A DNA stretch of 64,000 bases from an uncultured Spirochaetota bacterium (GTDB lineage: Bacteria; Spirochaetota; Brevinematia; Brevinematales; JAOACQ01): the NCBI GenBank assembly GCA_963835575.1, contig CAWIGG010000002.1, positions 864,001 to 928,000 on the forward strand. The letters are read 5' to 3'. Positions 20,330 through 31,124 of this stretch are shown piece by piece (the stretch's first letter is position 1; every line of letters begins with the position of its first letter). The notes below the pieces were generated by a model, which was not told the DNA's origin, made no database searches, and saw nothing but the letters and a program-made list of their open reading frames with translations. Made by a program: the position numbers and the translations under genes.

Positions 20330-21133
20330 ATGAATAAAAATGATTTCCGTTCGTTTATCCGATTGATTGTTCCTCCAATATTTTATAAAATTATTAAAAA
20401 GAAAAAAAGTATCAAATTTTATAAAAATTGGAATGATGCATTAAGTAAGACATGTGGATATGATAATGCTTTGATTCTTGATAAAGTAAGAAATTCATTA
20501 TTGAAAGTCAAAAACGGCCAGGCGGTTTATGAAAGAGATTCGGTTTTATTTGATAAGATTCAATACTCGTGGCCGGTTTTATCAGCTTTGCTATGGTCAG
20601 CTTCCCTCAATAATAACCGGCTGAACCTGATCGATTATGGCGGGTCACTTGGGAGCAGTTATTTTCAAAATAGAAAATTCTTATCTCATATAGAAAATTT
20701 AAAATGGAATATTATTGAACAAAACAATTTTGTAGAAAACGGGAGAAAATACTTTGAGGACCAGAAACTTCGTTTCTATTTTAATATTGATGAATGTTTA
20801 TCTGAAAATAAAGTTCAATTGATATTATTTTCAAGTCTGCTGCAATACATATCCGAACCGTATAAAATAATCGATATGTTGAGCGACCATCCGATAGATA
20901 TAGTAGTTGTTGATAGAACCTCTTTTATTAACGGTAATGAAGATAAAATAACGATTCAGAAAGTTCCACAGGAAATATATAATGCTAGCTACCCGTTCTG
21001 GGTTTTTAATGAAAATAAATTTAAATCCGCCTTTTTAAAATATTATGATTTAATCACTGATTTTAATAATGATGATTACTTGGGTGAAGGAATTTGTTTT
21101 AAAGGTTTTATTTTTAAAAGGAGAAATGAATGA
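20330..21133 (+). CDS. SAM-dependent methyltransferase (TIGR04325-like)
   Basis: YERDSV, IDYGGSLG, SSLLQY, VDRT motifs. Confidence 0.8.
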   Translation: MNKNDFRSFIRLIVPPIFYKIIKKKKSIKFYKNWNDALSKTCGYDNALILDKVRNSLLKVKNGQAVYERDSVLFDKIQYSWPVLSALLWSASLNNNRLNLIDYGGSLGSSYFQNRKFLSHIENLKWNIIEQNNFVENGRKYFEDQKLRFYFNIDECLSENKVQLILFSSLLQYISEPYKIIDMLSDHPIDIVVVDRTSFINGNEDKITIQKVPQEIYNASYPFWVFNENKFKSAFLKYYDLITDFNNDDYLGEGICFKGFIFKRRNE

Positions 21134-21873
21134 AATCCAAAATCCGAAGTTTGATATCAAAACAGGATTTTCAACCCGGCATTATTGGACTATTTGTTAA
21201 TCCATTTTATTTTGCAAGAAGATCGTTATATAATAATATTAAAATGCTTTCAGATAGAATAACCGGTAAAGTTCTGGATGTGGGCTGCGGCAGGAAACCA
21301 TACCGCTCTTTGTTTAAGGAATGTTCTGAATATATTGGAATGGATATAGAACAATCCGGCCACGATCATTCGCAGGAACAGATCGATGTATATTATGATG
21401 GAAAAACTTTCCCATTCCCGGCAGAGCAATTCGATTCAGTAATCTGTATCCAGGTTCTGGAACATGTCCTGACTCCTATTGATTTTATAAGGGAGATTAA
21501 CAGGGTTTTAAAAAAAAACGGTCTATTTATATTGACAGTTCCGTTTATCTGGGATGAGCATGAACAGCCATACGATTATTTTCGCTATACTTCTTTTGGA
21601 ATCCGGCAGATAATAGAGCAAAATGGCTTTGAAGTTTTAGAGCAAAGGAAGTCTTTGAACAATATCCGGACCATCTTCCAGCTTTTCAATGCATATATGT
21701 TTAAGAAATCGATGGGAATCCGCCGAATTTCTATAATTCATTGGGTTATTACTTTTCTTCTGTTTATGCCGTCCAATCTGATCGGTCAGATCCTGTACTA
21801 TATTACTCCGAAGAATAATGACCTTTATTTAGATAATATTTTATTGTTGAAGAAGAGCAATAATGTCGAATAA
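21130..21873 (+). CDS. Class I SAM-dependent methyltransferase (type 11)
   Basis: VLDVGCG, QVLEHV, HEQPYDYFRYT. Confidence 0.9.
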   Translation: MKSKIRSLISKQDFQPGIIGLFVNPFYFARRSLYNNIKMLSDRITGKVLDVGCGRKPYRSLFKECSEYIGMDIEQSGHDHSQEQIDVYYDGKTFPFPAEQFDSVICIQVLEHVLTPIDFIREINRVLKKNGLFILTVPFIWDEHEQPYDYFRYTSFGIRQIIEQNGFEVLEQRKSLNNIRTIFQLFNAYMFKKSMGIRRISIIHWVITFLLFMPSNLIGQILYYITPKNNDLYLDNILLLKKSNNVE

Positions 21874-22870
21874 TGATTTTATTTTCTGCACTTTGTTTGA
21901 TTCTCATTACTTATCGCGTGGTCTGGCTCTCTATGAATCCCTCAGTAGGCATTGTCAGGAGTTTCATTTGTATATCTTCGCTTTTGATGAAGTTACTGAA
22001 AAAGTACTGAGAAAAATGACATTAAGGAATGCCACTATTATCTCTTTAAAGGAGTTTGAAGACTCTGAATTGCTTAAAATAAAATCCTCACGGACGAAAA
22101 GGGAGTATTGCTGGACATCTACTCCATCAGTAATACTATATGTTTTGGAAAGATATAATGTTTCCTTTTGCACCTACCTTGATGCGGATTTATACTTTTT
22201 CAATTCTCCCCGGGCAATTTTTGAAGAAATGGGTAATAATTCTATTCTGATTACCGAACATCGGTATACAAAAAAATATGATCAAACGGCTGTATCAGGA
22301 AAATATTGTGTCCAATATGTGACTTTCCGGAATAATGAGCAAGGGCTGAAAGTTCTTCGCTGGTGGAGGAATGCCTGCCTGGATTGGTGTTATGCGAGGG
22401 TAGAAGATGGAAAATTCGGCGATCAGAAATATCTGGACAATTGGACAACCCGCTTTAAGGGTGTGCATGAGCTCCAGAATCCCGGCGGGGGTACGGCTCC
22501 CTGGAATGTCCAGCAGTACAAAACATTTGTCAAAAAAGGCGAAGTATTCGGCAGGGAGAAAACGACCGGCAGAATATTTCCCATAGTCTTTTTTCATTTT
22601 CATTATCTGCGTTTTTTTAATGACGGAACTTTGACGCTGGGGGATTATCAATTGAACAATGCTGTCAGACATTATATTTATTATCCTTATGTCAGGCATC
22701 TGGAGAAGATTAAGCGGGAGATAGCGGAAATAGATCCTTCTTTTGATCCTCATGGGGCTCTTTCCAGACCGGCAGAAAGGTATAAAGGCGGGCTCTTATT
22801 ACTAAAGAACTTGAAAAAAAGATTGACAGGCAGTTATAATATCGTGAGCCTGAAAAAAGTATTGGAGTGA
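21863..22870 (+). CDS. Putative glycosyltransferase (GT-A fold)
   Basis: FCTLFDSHYL, YLDAD, FGDQKYLD, APWN, FFHFH. Confidence 0.75.
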   Translation: MSNNDFIFCTLFDSHYLSRGLALYESLSRHCQEFHLYIFAFDEVTEKVLRKMTLRNATIISLKEFEDSELLKIKSSRTKREYCWTSTPSVILYVLERYNVSFCTYLDADLYFFNSPRAIFEEMGNNSILITEHRYTKKYDQTAVSGKYCVQYVTFRNNEQGLKVLRWWRNACLDWCYARVEDGKFGDQKYLDNWTTRFKGVHELQNPGGGTAPWNVQQYKTFVKKGEVFGREKTTGRIFPIVFFHFHYLRFFNDGTLTLGDYQLNNAVRHYIYYPYVRHLEKIKREIAEIDPSFDPHGALSRPAERYKGGLLLLKNLKKRLTGSYNIVSLKKVLE

Positions 22871-22873
22871 GTT

Positions 22874-23245
22874 TTGGCCTCTTTAATTAAGTTAAAAACC
22901 TTCTCGGATAAGCGCGGCAGTTTGACTGTGATTGAAAAAGTCCTTCCCTTTGAAATAAAGAGAATATATTATATTTACGGCGTACCTTCTGAATCGTTAG
23001 ACCGCGGCGGTCATAAACATAAGATTACACGGCAGGCGCTGATATGCGTATCCGGCTCCTGCGTAATTACCAATAATGACGGAAACGGCAGGAAGGATTA
23101 TCCCTTGGATAGTCCTGATAAATGCCTGATACTGGATCCGCAGGATTTTCACAGTATGCACCATTTTTCAAAAGATGCGGTCCTATTGGTACTGGCTTCG
23201 GAATATTTTGATGCTGAGGACTATCTTGATGAGGATTACCCATGA
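22874..23245 (+). CDS. FdtA/QdtA-like cupin sugar 3,4-ketoisomerase
   Basis: [36 protein letters not shown]. Confidence 0.9.
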   Translation: MASLIKLKTFSDKRGSLTVIEKVLPFEIKRIYYIYGVPSESLDRGGHKHKITRQALICVSGSCVITNNDGNGRKDYPLDSPDKCLILDPQDFHSMHHFSKDAVLLVLASEYFDAEDYLDEDYP

Positions 23246-24327
23246 TTGATTATGAAAACCTGGGTAAGCTGAACCGTCCTTTCTTTAAGGAGTATATTAA
23301 ATCATTCCGGGAAACGCTGGAAAGCGGCTGGTACATTCTCGGTAAAAATGTCGGGAAGTTTGAGAAAGAATTCGCTGAATACAACCAAAACAGTTTCTGC
23401 GTAGGCCTTGCCTCCGGGCTGGATGCTTTAATACTGGCTCTGGATGCCTTCCATTTCGCGCAGGGCTCTGAAGTGATTGTCCCCTCGAATACCTATATAG
23501 CAACTATCATCGCTGTGCTGAGGGCCGGTCTGAAGCCGGTGCTGGTGGAGCCGGATATAAGGACATACAATATTAACCCGGATAAAATCGAGGAAAAAAT
23601 AGGGCCGAATACAAGGGCTTTGCTGATCGTGCATTTGTACGGTAAGTCCTGCGATATGGGACCGGTAATGGATATTGTAAAAAAACACGGTTTAAAACTC
23701 ATCGAAGACTGTGCACAATCGCATGGTGCTAAGTATAAGGGTAAAAATACCGGGGCTTTCGGCGATTTCGGGGCGTTTAGTTTTTACCCGACTAAAAACC
23801 TTGGGGCATTGGGCGACGCCGGGGCAGTGGTTACAGATGATGAAAAACTGGCTGAAATAATAATCAAACTCAGGAATTATGGATCGAAAGTGAAATATCA
23901 AAACGATTTAGTGGGTTATAATTCCCGCCTGGATGAAATACAGGCCGGTTTTTTATCGGTGAAGCTCAGGAAGCTGGATGAGATAAATATACACAAGAGG
24001 AAACTGGCCTCGATTTACATGCAGAATCTGAAAGAGGATTTTATCAAACCGGTTGTCCATCCCGATTTCTTTGATGTTTATCACATTTTTAATATCCGTC
24101 ACACGAAACGAGACCAGCTGAAAGAATATCTTTTAAAAAATGATATCAAAACGGACATCCATTATCCGATTTCACCTAATAAACAAAAAGCGATGATCGG
24201 CATATTGGACAATATTCCATGCCCTGTCTCAGAGGAAATTCACAGGACAACGCTCAGCCTTCCTGTTTCATATTTTCATACCGAAAAAGATATCCATCGG
24301 GTGATTGATGTCTTGAATAAATTTTAA
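23242..24327 (+). CDS. DegT/DnrJ/FdtB-like PLP sugar aminotransferase
   Basis: [38 protein letters not shown]. Confidence 0.93.
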   Translation: MIDYENLGKLNRPFFKEYIKSFRETLESGWYILGKNVGKFEKEFAEYNQNSFCVGLASGLDALILALDAFHFAQGSEVIVPSNTYIATIIAVLRAGLKPVLVEPDIRTYNINPDKIEEKIGPNTRALLIVHLYGKSCDMGPVMDIVKKHGLKLIEDCAQSHGAKYKGKNTGAFGDFGAFSFYPTKNLGALGDAGAVVTDDEKLAEIIIKLRNYGSKVKYQNDLVGYNSRLDEIQAGFLSVKLRKLDEINIHKRKLASIYMQNLKEDFIKPVVHPDFFDVYHIFNIRHTKRDQLKEYLLKNDIKTDIHYPISPNKQKAMIGILDNIPCPVSEEIHRTTLSLPVSYFHTEKDIHRVIDVLNKF

Positions 24328-24340
24328 ACAAGGGATATGA

Positions 24341-25102
24341 ATGAATTCAAAAACTAAAAATCCCTCTCAGTCCGGCAGGCCGCTGGTATCTATTATCACC
24401 GTTGTCTATAACGGCGCAAAGACTCTCGAACAGACTATTCAAAGCGTGATAAGCCAGACTTACAAAAACATCGAGTATATTGTGATCGACGGCGGTTCCA
24501 GCGATGGTACGCTGGACATTATTAAGAAATATGAAGACCGGATAACTTATTGGGTGAGCGGGCCCGACAGCGGGATTTATGACGCGATGAACAAGGGCAT
24601 CCGGAAAAGTCATGGAGAAATTATCGGGATCATTAATAGTGATGATTATTATGAGAAGGAAACTGCGGCGGCTGTTGTTAATGAATTTAAGGCTCATCCT
24701 GATACCGTGATATATGGGCTTCTACGGTATATTAAAGACGGCCGGGAATTGATGGTAATGGCCCATCACCATGATTATCTCAGGCAGTTTATGATCCCGC
24801 ACCCGGCCAGTTTTGTACCGAAGGCTTTGTATGACCGTTACGGCCTGTTTAATCTGAAATATAGTTATTGTGCGGATTATGATTTTATGCTGAGGTTATT
24901 TGAAAGCCATGTCCCGTTTATCAGGATAGACCGGGTTTTGGCCAACTTTCGGACGGACGGGGTCTCTTCTTCATTGAAATCAGTTCTGGAGAATTACAGG
25001 ATTTTAAAAGAGCATGGAGTAATTTCATCCCGAAAATCATTATTTTTAACCGTTAGAGCTTTCATCAGTCATTATATAAAGAAGTTCTTCAGGCTGGCAT
25101 AA
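24341..25102 (+). CDS. Glycosyltransferase family 2 (WcaE-like)
   Basis: SIITVVYN, IDGGSSDGT, GIYDAMNKG, INSDD, ADYDF. Confidence 0.92.
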   Translation: MNSKTKNPSQSGRPLVSIITVVYNGAKTLEQTIQSVISQTYKNIEYIVIDGGSSDGTLDIIKKYEDRITYWVSGPDSGIYDAMNKGIRKSHGEIIGIINSDDYYEKETAAAVVNEFKAHPDTVIYGLLRYIKDGRELMVMAHHHDYLRQFMIPHPASFVPKALYDRYGLFNLKYSYCADYDFMLRLFESHVPFIRIDRVLANFRTDGVSSSLKSVLENYRILKEHGVISSRKSLFLTVRAFISHYIKKFFRLA

Positions 25103-25155
25103 CAGAAAAATTGCAGTTTGATGCGCTTTATTTTAGATTCCCAGAGGTGTTATTT

Positions 25156-26169
25156 ATGAATGTCGCGATTGTAACGGCTCTTAATGACGGCGTTGGCGGC
25201 GTGGAAACGGTCAACCGACAGTTGAAAAGTCTTTTTGAGTCGGAAGGGCACAAGGTGGACATCATTTCTGTCGATAAAAACCCCGGTGTCTGGGTGAACC
25301 CTCTTTATAAAGCGCTCTTAGGCAAACCTTATATGACCTCTGTGTTTTTTAAAGCGGCTGAAAAAAATTATGATATTGTTATCTGCAACGGAGAGTATGG
25401 CTTCGGCATAAATCACGCTAAAAGCATTGTTGTTTTCCATATGTCATATCTCGGTTACAGGAAAAGCCTTAAGAAAGGACTATCATTTAAAAACTACCTG
25501 GGTTTGACCAGGGGGATTGTACTTCAGAACCTTGGTTCCAGAGGAAAGATTGTTGTGGCGGTTTCCGAGTTTCTGAAAAGCAATCTGGAAAAACAGGGGA
25601 TTAAAACGGATTTAGTTATTCCCAATGCCGTGGATACGGATTATTTCCGCCCGGATCCTGCTGCAGTAAGAAATGGCCGGGGTCTCTTTGTCGGACGCTA
25701 TGATCCCTACGCTAAAGGGTTTGATATTCTTGAAAAAATAGCGGATAAAGGCTTTCCGCTGGACTGCGTTACTTCTGAAAGACCTTCCGGAAAGTTGAAC
25801 TGGCTTGGCGAGATCGATTACAATGAACTACCCGGAATCTATAATCGTTATCAATACCTTGTTTTTCCTTCCCGCTATGAATCCTTCGGTTTAGTACCGA
25901 TAGAAGCCATGGCCTGCGGCCTGCCCGTTGTAATCAGTGATGTTGGAATGGCCTGGGAACTCAAACGGGAAATACCCGAATTCGTGGTTGACGGCTGGGG
26001 AGATAATGCGGACGATCTTTATATCAAGCGCATTCAAACTATCCAATCGGATTGGAATGCTTATTCCGCAAGGGCCAGGGATTTTACCGTTAAGCATTAC
26101 AGCAGTGCTGTTTTTAAGGAAAAATGGCTGGATTTGATTAACAGGATATCTGGACACTCCACACTTTGA
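25156..26169 (+). CDS. Glycosyltransferase family 4
   Basis: GGVE, VAVS, IPNAVD, PSRYESFGLVPIEAMACG; ATG 25156 preceded by GAGGT. Confidence 0.9.
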   Translation: MNVAIVTALNDGVGGVETVNRQLKSLFESEGHKVDIISVDKNPGVWVNPLYKALLGKPYMTSVFFKAAEKNYDIVICNGEYGFGINHAKSIVVFHMSYLGYRKSLKKGLSFKNYLGLTRGIVLQNLGSRGKIVVAVSEFLKSNLEKQGIKTDLVIPNAVDTDYFRPDPAAVRNGRGLFVGRYDPYAKGFDILEKIADKGFPLDCVTSERPSGKLNWLGEIDYNELPGIYNRYQYLVFPSRYESFGLVPIEAMACGLPVVISDVGMAWELKREIPEFVVDGWGDNADDLYIKRIQTIQSDWNAYSARARDFTVKHYSSAVFKEKWLDLINRISGHSTL

Positions 26170-26184
26170 CAGACGAATTTAAGG

Positions 26185-27264
26185 ATGATCAGTATGGAAA
26201 AGAAAAAAATTCTTTATGTCACATCCCACCTTCCTTCCTACCGTTTTCCCCAGGCCGGGCATAAGACAGCCCGCATGCTGTTGGAAGAAGCTGCCGGGAT
26301 GTATGAGGTTTATCTTATAGCTTTTGTTAATTCAGAAGAGAAAAAATGGCTGAAGAGCGAAGATTTTTTTTTATGCCGCGAAAGCCATTTCATACCGGTG
26401 ACTCAATTTTCACGTTTGATTTCCATTCTTACGCATCCTTTTCTTCCTTTCAATACGGCCCTGCGAGCGGATTTTTCCGCGGTCAGGCTGATCAGGAAAT
26501 TGATAAAAAGAGTATCTTTTGAAAAAGCTCATTTTGAATTTACCGCGGCCGCGTATTACCGGCAATGGATTCCCGGGGGAATTTCCTGCACGTTAAGCGA
26601 ACATGACGTAACTTATCAAACTTTTGAACGAAAGAGAAACCAGACTTCAGGTTTGCTGAAAATCCTGTATGATTTTGAATATAGGCGGCAAAAATCCTGG
26701 GAACTGAATGTTTTACAAAGATTTGATGAAATCATCCTTCATAATTCCAAAGACCGCGGCCTTCTGGTTAATGATGGGATTGCTTCTTCAAAACTAAGGG
26801 TGATTTTTCCTTATGTCAACCCGGTTTTTAAAACTGTCCGGCGGGATTTGAAGGAGAAACACACGATTCTTTTTTGGGGGGCTATGGGCCGCCGGGAAAA
26901 TAGCGATGCTGTGGGCTGGTTTCTCACAGATATCTTCCCGCATATTCAAAAAGAAGTTCCTGACGCAAAGCTTTTGGTGGTAGGCTCAAATCCTCCGGAA
27001 TGGCTGCGGCAAATGGCATCGGAAAATATCATTGTTACCGGCTTTGTAGAAGACCCTGTGCCCTATTTTGAGAGGGCGCGGATCGCTATTGCGCCTCTCC
27101 GGCTGGGCGCGGGTATTAAGGTTAAAGTGCTGGAGTGCCTTTCGGCAGGCATTCCAGTCGTGGCAACTGATATTGGCGCAGAAGGAATAGAAAAATGTAC
27201 GAACTTGACAGTTGAGAACGATCCGGTAAATTTTGCCCTGGAAATCTTGAAACTTTTAAGATAA
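26185..27264 (+). CDS. Glycosyltransferase family 4
   Basis: VTGFVED, IAPLRLGAGIKVKVLE, GAEGI. Confidence 0.88.
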   Translation: MISMEKKKILYVTSHLPSYRFPQAGHKTARMLLEEAAGMYEVYLIAFVNSEEKKWLKSEDFFLCRESHFIPVTQFSRLISILTHPFLPFNTALRADFSAVRLIRKLIKRVSFEKAHFEFTAAAYYRQWIPGGISCTLSEHDVTYQTFERKRNQTSGLLKILYDFEYRRQKSWELNVLQRFDEIILHNSKDRGLLVNDGIASSKLRVIFPYVNPVFKTVRRDLKEKHTILFWGAMGRRENSDAVGWFLTDIFPHIQKEVPDAKLLVVGSNPPEWLRQMASENIIVTGFVEDPVPYFERARIAIAPLRLGAGIKVKVLECLSAGIPVVATDIGAEGIEKCTNLTVENDPVNFALEILKLLR

Positions 27265-27318
27265 AGGCCGTTTGTTGAATTAAAATTGATAGACTAACTT
27301 CTGATTGTCAGAAGTGAT

Positions 27319-28365
27319 TTATTTATGTTCCAGGTCATAACGGACCATGATTTTAATTAAATCCTCAAAAGAAGTCTGTGTCGGGTTCCATCCAAGCTTT
27401 TTTCTGGCTTTTGACGGATCTCCGAGAAGAAGATCTACTTCGGTGGGGCGGAAATACTGAGGGTCTATTTCTATTAATACTTTTCCTGTCTTTTTATTAA
27501 TACCTTTTTCTTCAACGCCTTTTCCTTTCCATTCAATCTCTATTCCCGCTTCGCGGAAAGCTAATGTAGTAAATTCCCTGACCGTATGAGTTTCACCGGT
27601 AGCTATGACAAAATCCTCCGGTTCCGGCTGCTGCAGAATGAGCCACATACATTCGACGTAATCCCTCGCGTATCCCCAGTCGCGCTTGGCGTCCATATTG
27701 CCCAGGTAGAGTTTTTCCTGTTTCCCTTTTAAAATCCTGCCTATAGCCATGGTTATTTTTCTGGTCACAAAGGTTTCGCCCCTTCGTTCTGATTCATGGT
27801 TGAAAAGAATGCCGTTGCAGGCATAGATGCCGTAAGCTTCCCGGTAATTCTTTGTGATCCAGTATGCGTAAAGCTTGGCGACACCGTAGGGGCTTCTCGG
27901 ATAAAAAGGGGTATTTTCATTTTGGGGTGTTTCCTGCACAAGGCCGTACAATTCGGATGTGGAAGCCTGGTAAATCCTTGTCTTTTTCTCTAAACCCAGT
28001 AAACGGACCGCTTCCAGAAGCCTCAGGGTGCCGACACCGTCAACTTCAGCCGTATATTCGGGGACTTCAAAAGAAACTTTGACATGCGATTGAGCGGCCA
28101 GGTTGTAAATCTCATCCGGTTCAATCTGCTTGATTAGGCGGATCAAGTTGCTCGAATCCGTCATATCCCCGTAATGCAGTTTGATCTTCCTGTCTTTATG
28201 AAAATCTTTTATCAGTTCGTCTAAATAAAGATGCTCAATCCGGGCGAGATTAAAATAGGAGCTTCTCCGGATTATTCCATGGACATCATAGCCTTTTTTT
28301 ATAAGGAATTCGGCTAAAAAAGAACCGTCCTGGCCGTTAATGCCTGTAATAAGTGCTTTTTTCAT
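27319..28365 (-). CDS. gmd: GDP-mannose 4,6-dehydratase
   Basis: [47 protein letters not shown]. Confidence 0.98.
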   Translation of the reverse strand: MKKALITGINGQDGSFLAEFLIKKGYDVHGIIRRSSYFNLARIEHLYLDELIKDFHKDRKIKLHYGDMTDSSNLIRLIKQIEPDEIYNLAAQSHVKVSFEVPEYTAEVDGVGTLRLLEAVRLLGLEKKTRIYQASTSELYGLVQETPQNENTPFYPRSPYGVAKLYAYWITKNYREAYGIYACNGILFNHESERRGETFVTRKITMAIGRILKGKQEKLYLGNMDAKRDWGYARDYVECMWLILQQPEPEDFVIATGETHTVREFTTLAFREAGIEIEWKGKGVEEKGINKKTGKVLIEIDPQYFRPTEVDLLLGDPSKARKKLGWNPTQTSFEDLIKIMVRYDLEHK

Positions 28366-28593
28366 AACTTACTCCAATAATCAATTATTATAGATGAAAA
28401 ACGATGAAATCGCTAATAATTGATTTGATTTTAAGACTCGAACAATATCATTTTTATTGTAATTTTAGACTTTTTAAGTTTATATTTGAATTCTATTTAA
28501 GCCCTGCCTGACGTCCGGCTTAATTGACGTTAAATGCTATCAAGGAGTGGTTTCAGAAGTGTGAGGGACAATGAAGGTTGATAAGAGGTAACA

Positions 28594-28630
28594 AGAGACT
28601 AGCGACTAGATAATCAGCGACTAGATAATC
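28594..28630 (+). repeat. Heptamer-type short tandem repeats
   Basis: AGAGACT AGCGACT AGATAATC AGCGACT AGATAATC; perfect 15-bp tandem duplication at 28601-28630. Confidence 0.8.
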
Positions 28631-28633
28631 CGA

Positions 28634-28662
28634 TTGACTAAAAGAAAACCCTGTTATAAACT
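28634..28662 (+). promoter_or_regulatory. Putative sigma70 promoter of the DUF4258/DUF2283 pair
   Basis: TTGACT-17 nt-TAAACT. Confidence 0.55.
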
Positions 28663-28732
28663 ATTTGTATATTGAATAACCGCGTTTAATCATCTAACTG
28701 GTTTTGTTGATAATTGTTAATAAGAGGTTTTA

Positions 28733-28990
28733 ATGACAATCAGAATAGAGCCGCACACGCTGGAGCGCGCGGAAGAAAGAGGGACAAACGAGGTCGAGAT
28801 TATTGACGTAATTAAAACAGGATTTCCGGTAGAAGCGAAAAATAACCGGAAAGGAAAGGCAAAAGTTTTTAATTTTAAAAAAGAGCGGCTCGGCAAATAC
28901 TATGAACAAAAGCGGGTCGAAGTGTTTTACCTTGTTAAGAACAAAGAAATCATAACCGTTACCGTGTATGTTTTTTACGGAAAATGGTAA
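28733..28990 (+). CDS. DUF4258-like putative toxin
   Basis: H-x-LERAEERG, C-terminal ITVTVY; paired with a DUF2283-like gene. Confidence 0.7.
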   Translation: MTIRIEPHTLERAEERGTNEVEIIDVIKTGFPVEAKNNRKGKAKVFNFKKERLGKYYEQKRVEVFYLVKNKEIITVTVYVFYGKW

Positions 28991-29002
28991 TAGGAGGCGA
29001 TC

Positions 29003-29215
29003 ATGAACATAATATACAATCCGGGTACAGACATGTTGTACATCCGCATAGACGAGAAAAAGCAAGAAGTGATTAATCAGCGTGTCAGCGATGAAATGGT
29101 ACTGGACATCGGAGAAGGCAGCAAAATTGTCGGTATTGAAATTCTGGACGCTTCAAAGAATGTGGATTTAGATAAGGTGCTGCCTGTTAAATACAGCTAT
29201 GAAAAGGCTTATTAG
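29003..29215 (+). CDS. DUF2283-like putative antitoxin
   Basis: YNPGTDMLYI, IVGIEILDAS motifs. Confidence 0.85.
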   Translation: MNIIYNPGTDMLYIRIDEKKQEVINQRVSDEMVLDIGEGSKIVGIEILDASKNVDLDKVLPVKYSYEKAY

Positions 29216-29297
29216 ATAATGCGAAAGCATGGTTAAATTTTATATATTTTAATATCAAACCCGCCGCGGCTTATTCTTCGGAAGAACGGGGGATATA

Positions 29298-29425
29298 CAG
29301 GATTTGCACCCCAGAGTCGCAGAGAACCCTGAGAGATGGTACTCACCGGATTATTAGAAAGCCAGGGCCTTCAAAACAGACCCTTAAAAAATCCTGAGAA
29401 TCCTGCAAAATCCTGAATTATCCTG
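29298..29425. repeat. ATCCTG x4 (9-10 nt period) with upstream complementary CAGGATTT and CAGAG repeats
   Basis: ATCCTG at 29391, 29400, 29410, 29420; CAGGATTT at 29298; CAGAG/CTGAG at 29312, 29320, 29329. Confidence 0.7.
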
Positions 29426-29820
29426 ATTTACTTGTGGTGAGCCGGGCCGAATCCATTGGGGTCAGTATAAAAAGCTCTTAGTCAATATGAAAGGGCTGAA
29501 TAGTTACAAAAGAAACATAAATTAAAATCTTCAATTTTACATTTGATGAATCATTAATAAACTTCGTACCGGAGCCTTTCCACTCTTCAACTGAATGCAC
29601 TTGCTTTATTTGATGCTAAGGAAAAATGAGGAACGTAAGAAAACCCAAAACCTTGATTAAACATATGAAAAACTAGTGATCATGCTTTTACTGCCTATCC
29701 ACTGGCAATGGTTTGAGTATTTGATCAGGTACAGTGAAATCACCTTGTCACGGATACTGTAAATATTTGCCCTGGAAGAATAAAAGAGTTAAAATATATC
29801 GATGTAGAGAGGCGCGTTCC

Positions 29821-30315
29821 ATGGAGAAGGAAAAAGTTTATCTTGATTCGACGATACCAAGCTACAAGGTTGGCAGCATTAGCCGGGACTTAATTATCGC
29901 TGCGCGTCAGGAACTTACGGCAGAATGGTGGGAAACGGACAGGAATGACTTTGATTTATATATTTCCGAAGTTGTCATAGAAGAAATCAGGGGCGGAGAT
30001 CAGGAAGAAGCCTTAAAATGCCGGTATTTACTTGAAGGTATTACTGTTCTCGCGCCTAAACCTGAGATAGAGGAAACAACAAGGAAATATATGGAGTTTT
30101 TTAATTTTTCTGAAAAGCTTTACCGGGATATGTCCCATGTGGCTTTCGCCGTACTATATGAAATGGATTATCTTTTGACATGGAACTTTACGCATCTGGC
30201 CAATGTGGATATGGAAAATCAATTGATAAAGTTAAACCGGAAACTTGGTTATGAAATGCCTAAAATCTGCACGCCGGAGCAATTGAGAAAAATGAAGTTT
30301 GGTGGTAATATATGA
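29821..30315 (+). CDS. PIN-domain (VapC-like) toxin
   Basis: VYLDSTIPSY, ISEVVIEE, D-x-x-H-V, DYLLTWNFTHLAN, ICTPEQL. Confidence 0.88.
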   Translation: MEKEKVYLDSTIPSYKVGSISRDLIIAARQELTAEWWETDRNDFDLYISEVVIEEIRGGDQEEALKCRYLLEGITVLAPKPEIEETTRKYMEFFNFSEKLYRDMSHVAFAVLYEMDYLLTWNFTHLANVDMENQLIKLNRKLGYEMPKICTPEQLRKMKFGGNI

Positions 30316-30494
30316 ATAATTTTGACCCGATTGTTGAGGAAATACGGAACACCGCGCGAAAGATGCAGGAAGAATGCGGAAATGATTTACACCGTTATTT
30401 TCAGAGGATTGCCGAAGGCACTGAAAAACTAAAAAAAGAGGGCTGGAAGGTCGTTTCCGAATTGCCCGAACACAAAAAAGCCGCATGTGTCTGA
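30312..30494 (+). CDS. Small partner of the PIN toxin (putative antitoxin)
   Basis: DPIVEEIR...GNDL motif; ATGA overlap with the PIN gene. Confidence 0.7.
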   Translation: MNNFDPIVEEIRNTARKMQEECGNDLHRYFQRIAEGTEKLKKEGWKVVSELPEHKKAACV

Positions 30495-30667
30495 TGCTGG
30501 ACTGATATAGCTATCGGAGAGGGTTCAAGCCGCTGTAAATCCTTTCCATTCAACGTTAATTTAGTTGATAGGCGGGATGATTTATTCTCTCGTTTTTTGG
30601 CGCAAAATTACCAGAGGCCGCAGTATCCTCGTGCTAGTGATAAATTAGAATTGGGAAAGCACGAAGC

Positions 30668-30744
30668 CGCTGGTCATTAGTCATTAGGGAATTTATAACA
30701 CAAAAGCTGAAGCTAGCGACTAGTGACCAGAGACTAGCGGCTAG
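30668..30744. repeat. Inverted heptamer-repeat arms forming a hairpin between convergent TA genes
   Basis: CGCTGGTCATTAGTCATTAG pairs 18/20 (including G-U) with CTAGCGACTAGTGACCAGAG; units CTAGCGA/CTAGTGA/CCAGAGA/CTAGCGG. Confidence 0.75.
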
Positions 30745-30953
30745 ACAACCAGCTTTTTGCCTTTCGGTTCCGGGACTGTACGCCCGTTTTCGACAGCGGT
30801 TTCTATCCATTCATCAATTATTACTTCGGTGTTCTTTAAAGCTTCTTCATAAGTGAGGCCGTCAGCCATACAGCCGGGCAGTTCCGGGACTTCAGCCAGG
30901 AAACGGTTATCTTCATTGCTCCAGTATATAATGATTTCATATCTAATGTTCAT
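30741..30953 (-). CDS. hicB: HicB antitoxin
   Basis: AEVPELPGCMADGLTYEEAL, GRTVPEP. Confidence 0.92.
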   Translation of the reverse strand: MNIRYEIIIYWSNEDNRFLAEVPELPGCMADGLTYEEALKNTEVIIDEWIETAVENGRTVPEPKGKKLVV

Positions 30954-31124
30954 CGCTGTCTCCTAATTTATTGTTTATGATAATATTTCTTACCTGCCGT
31001 ACTTGATAAGCTTTGGCTTTTGAGTTTTCAGGCTGAAGGTTAATAATTTCTTCGATATCTTTCATTCTGAAAATATGATGGCTGCCTTTTATTTTCTCTT
31101 CAAAGCCGAGGTGTAAGAGGAAAT

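Noticed and set aside
10130..28365. Active phase-variable inversion of the glycan cluster via the two inverted gmd copies
   Set aside because: Only about 71% identity, the longest exact match is about 13 bp, and there is no invertase in the window
28490..28590. Possible sugar-epimerase C-terminal relic (AIKEWFQK)
   Set aside because: Too short and weak to support
28594..30744. CRISPR array
   Set aside because: Repeats are 7-15 nt with no unique regular spacers; no cas genes
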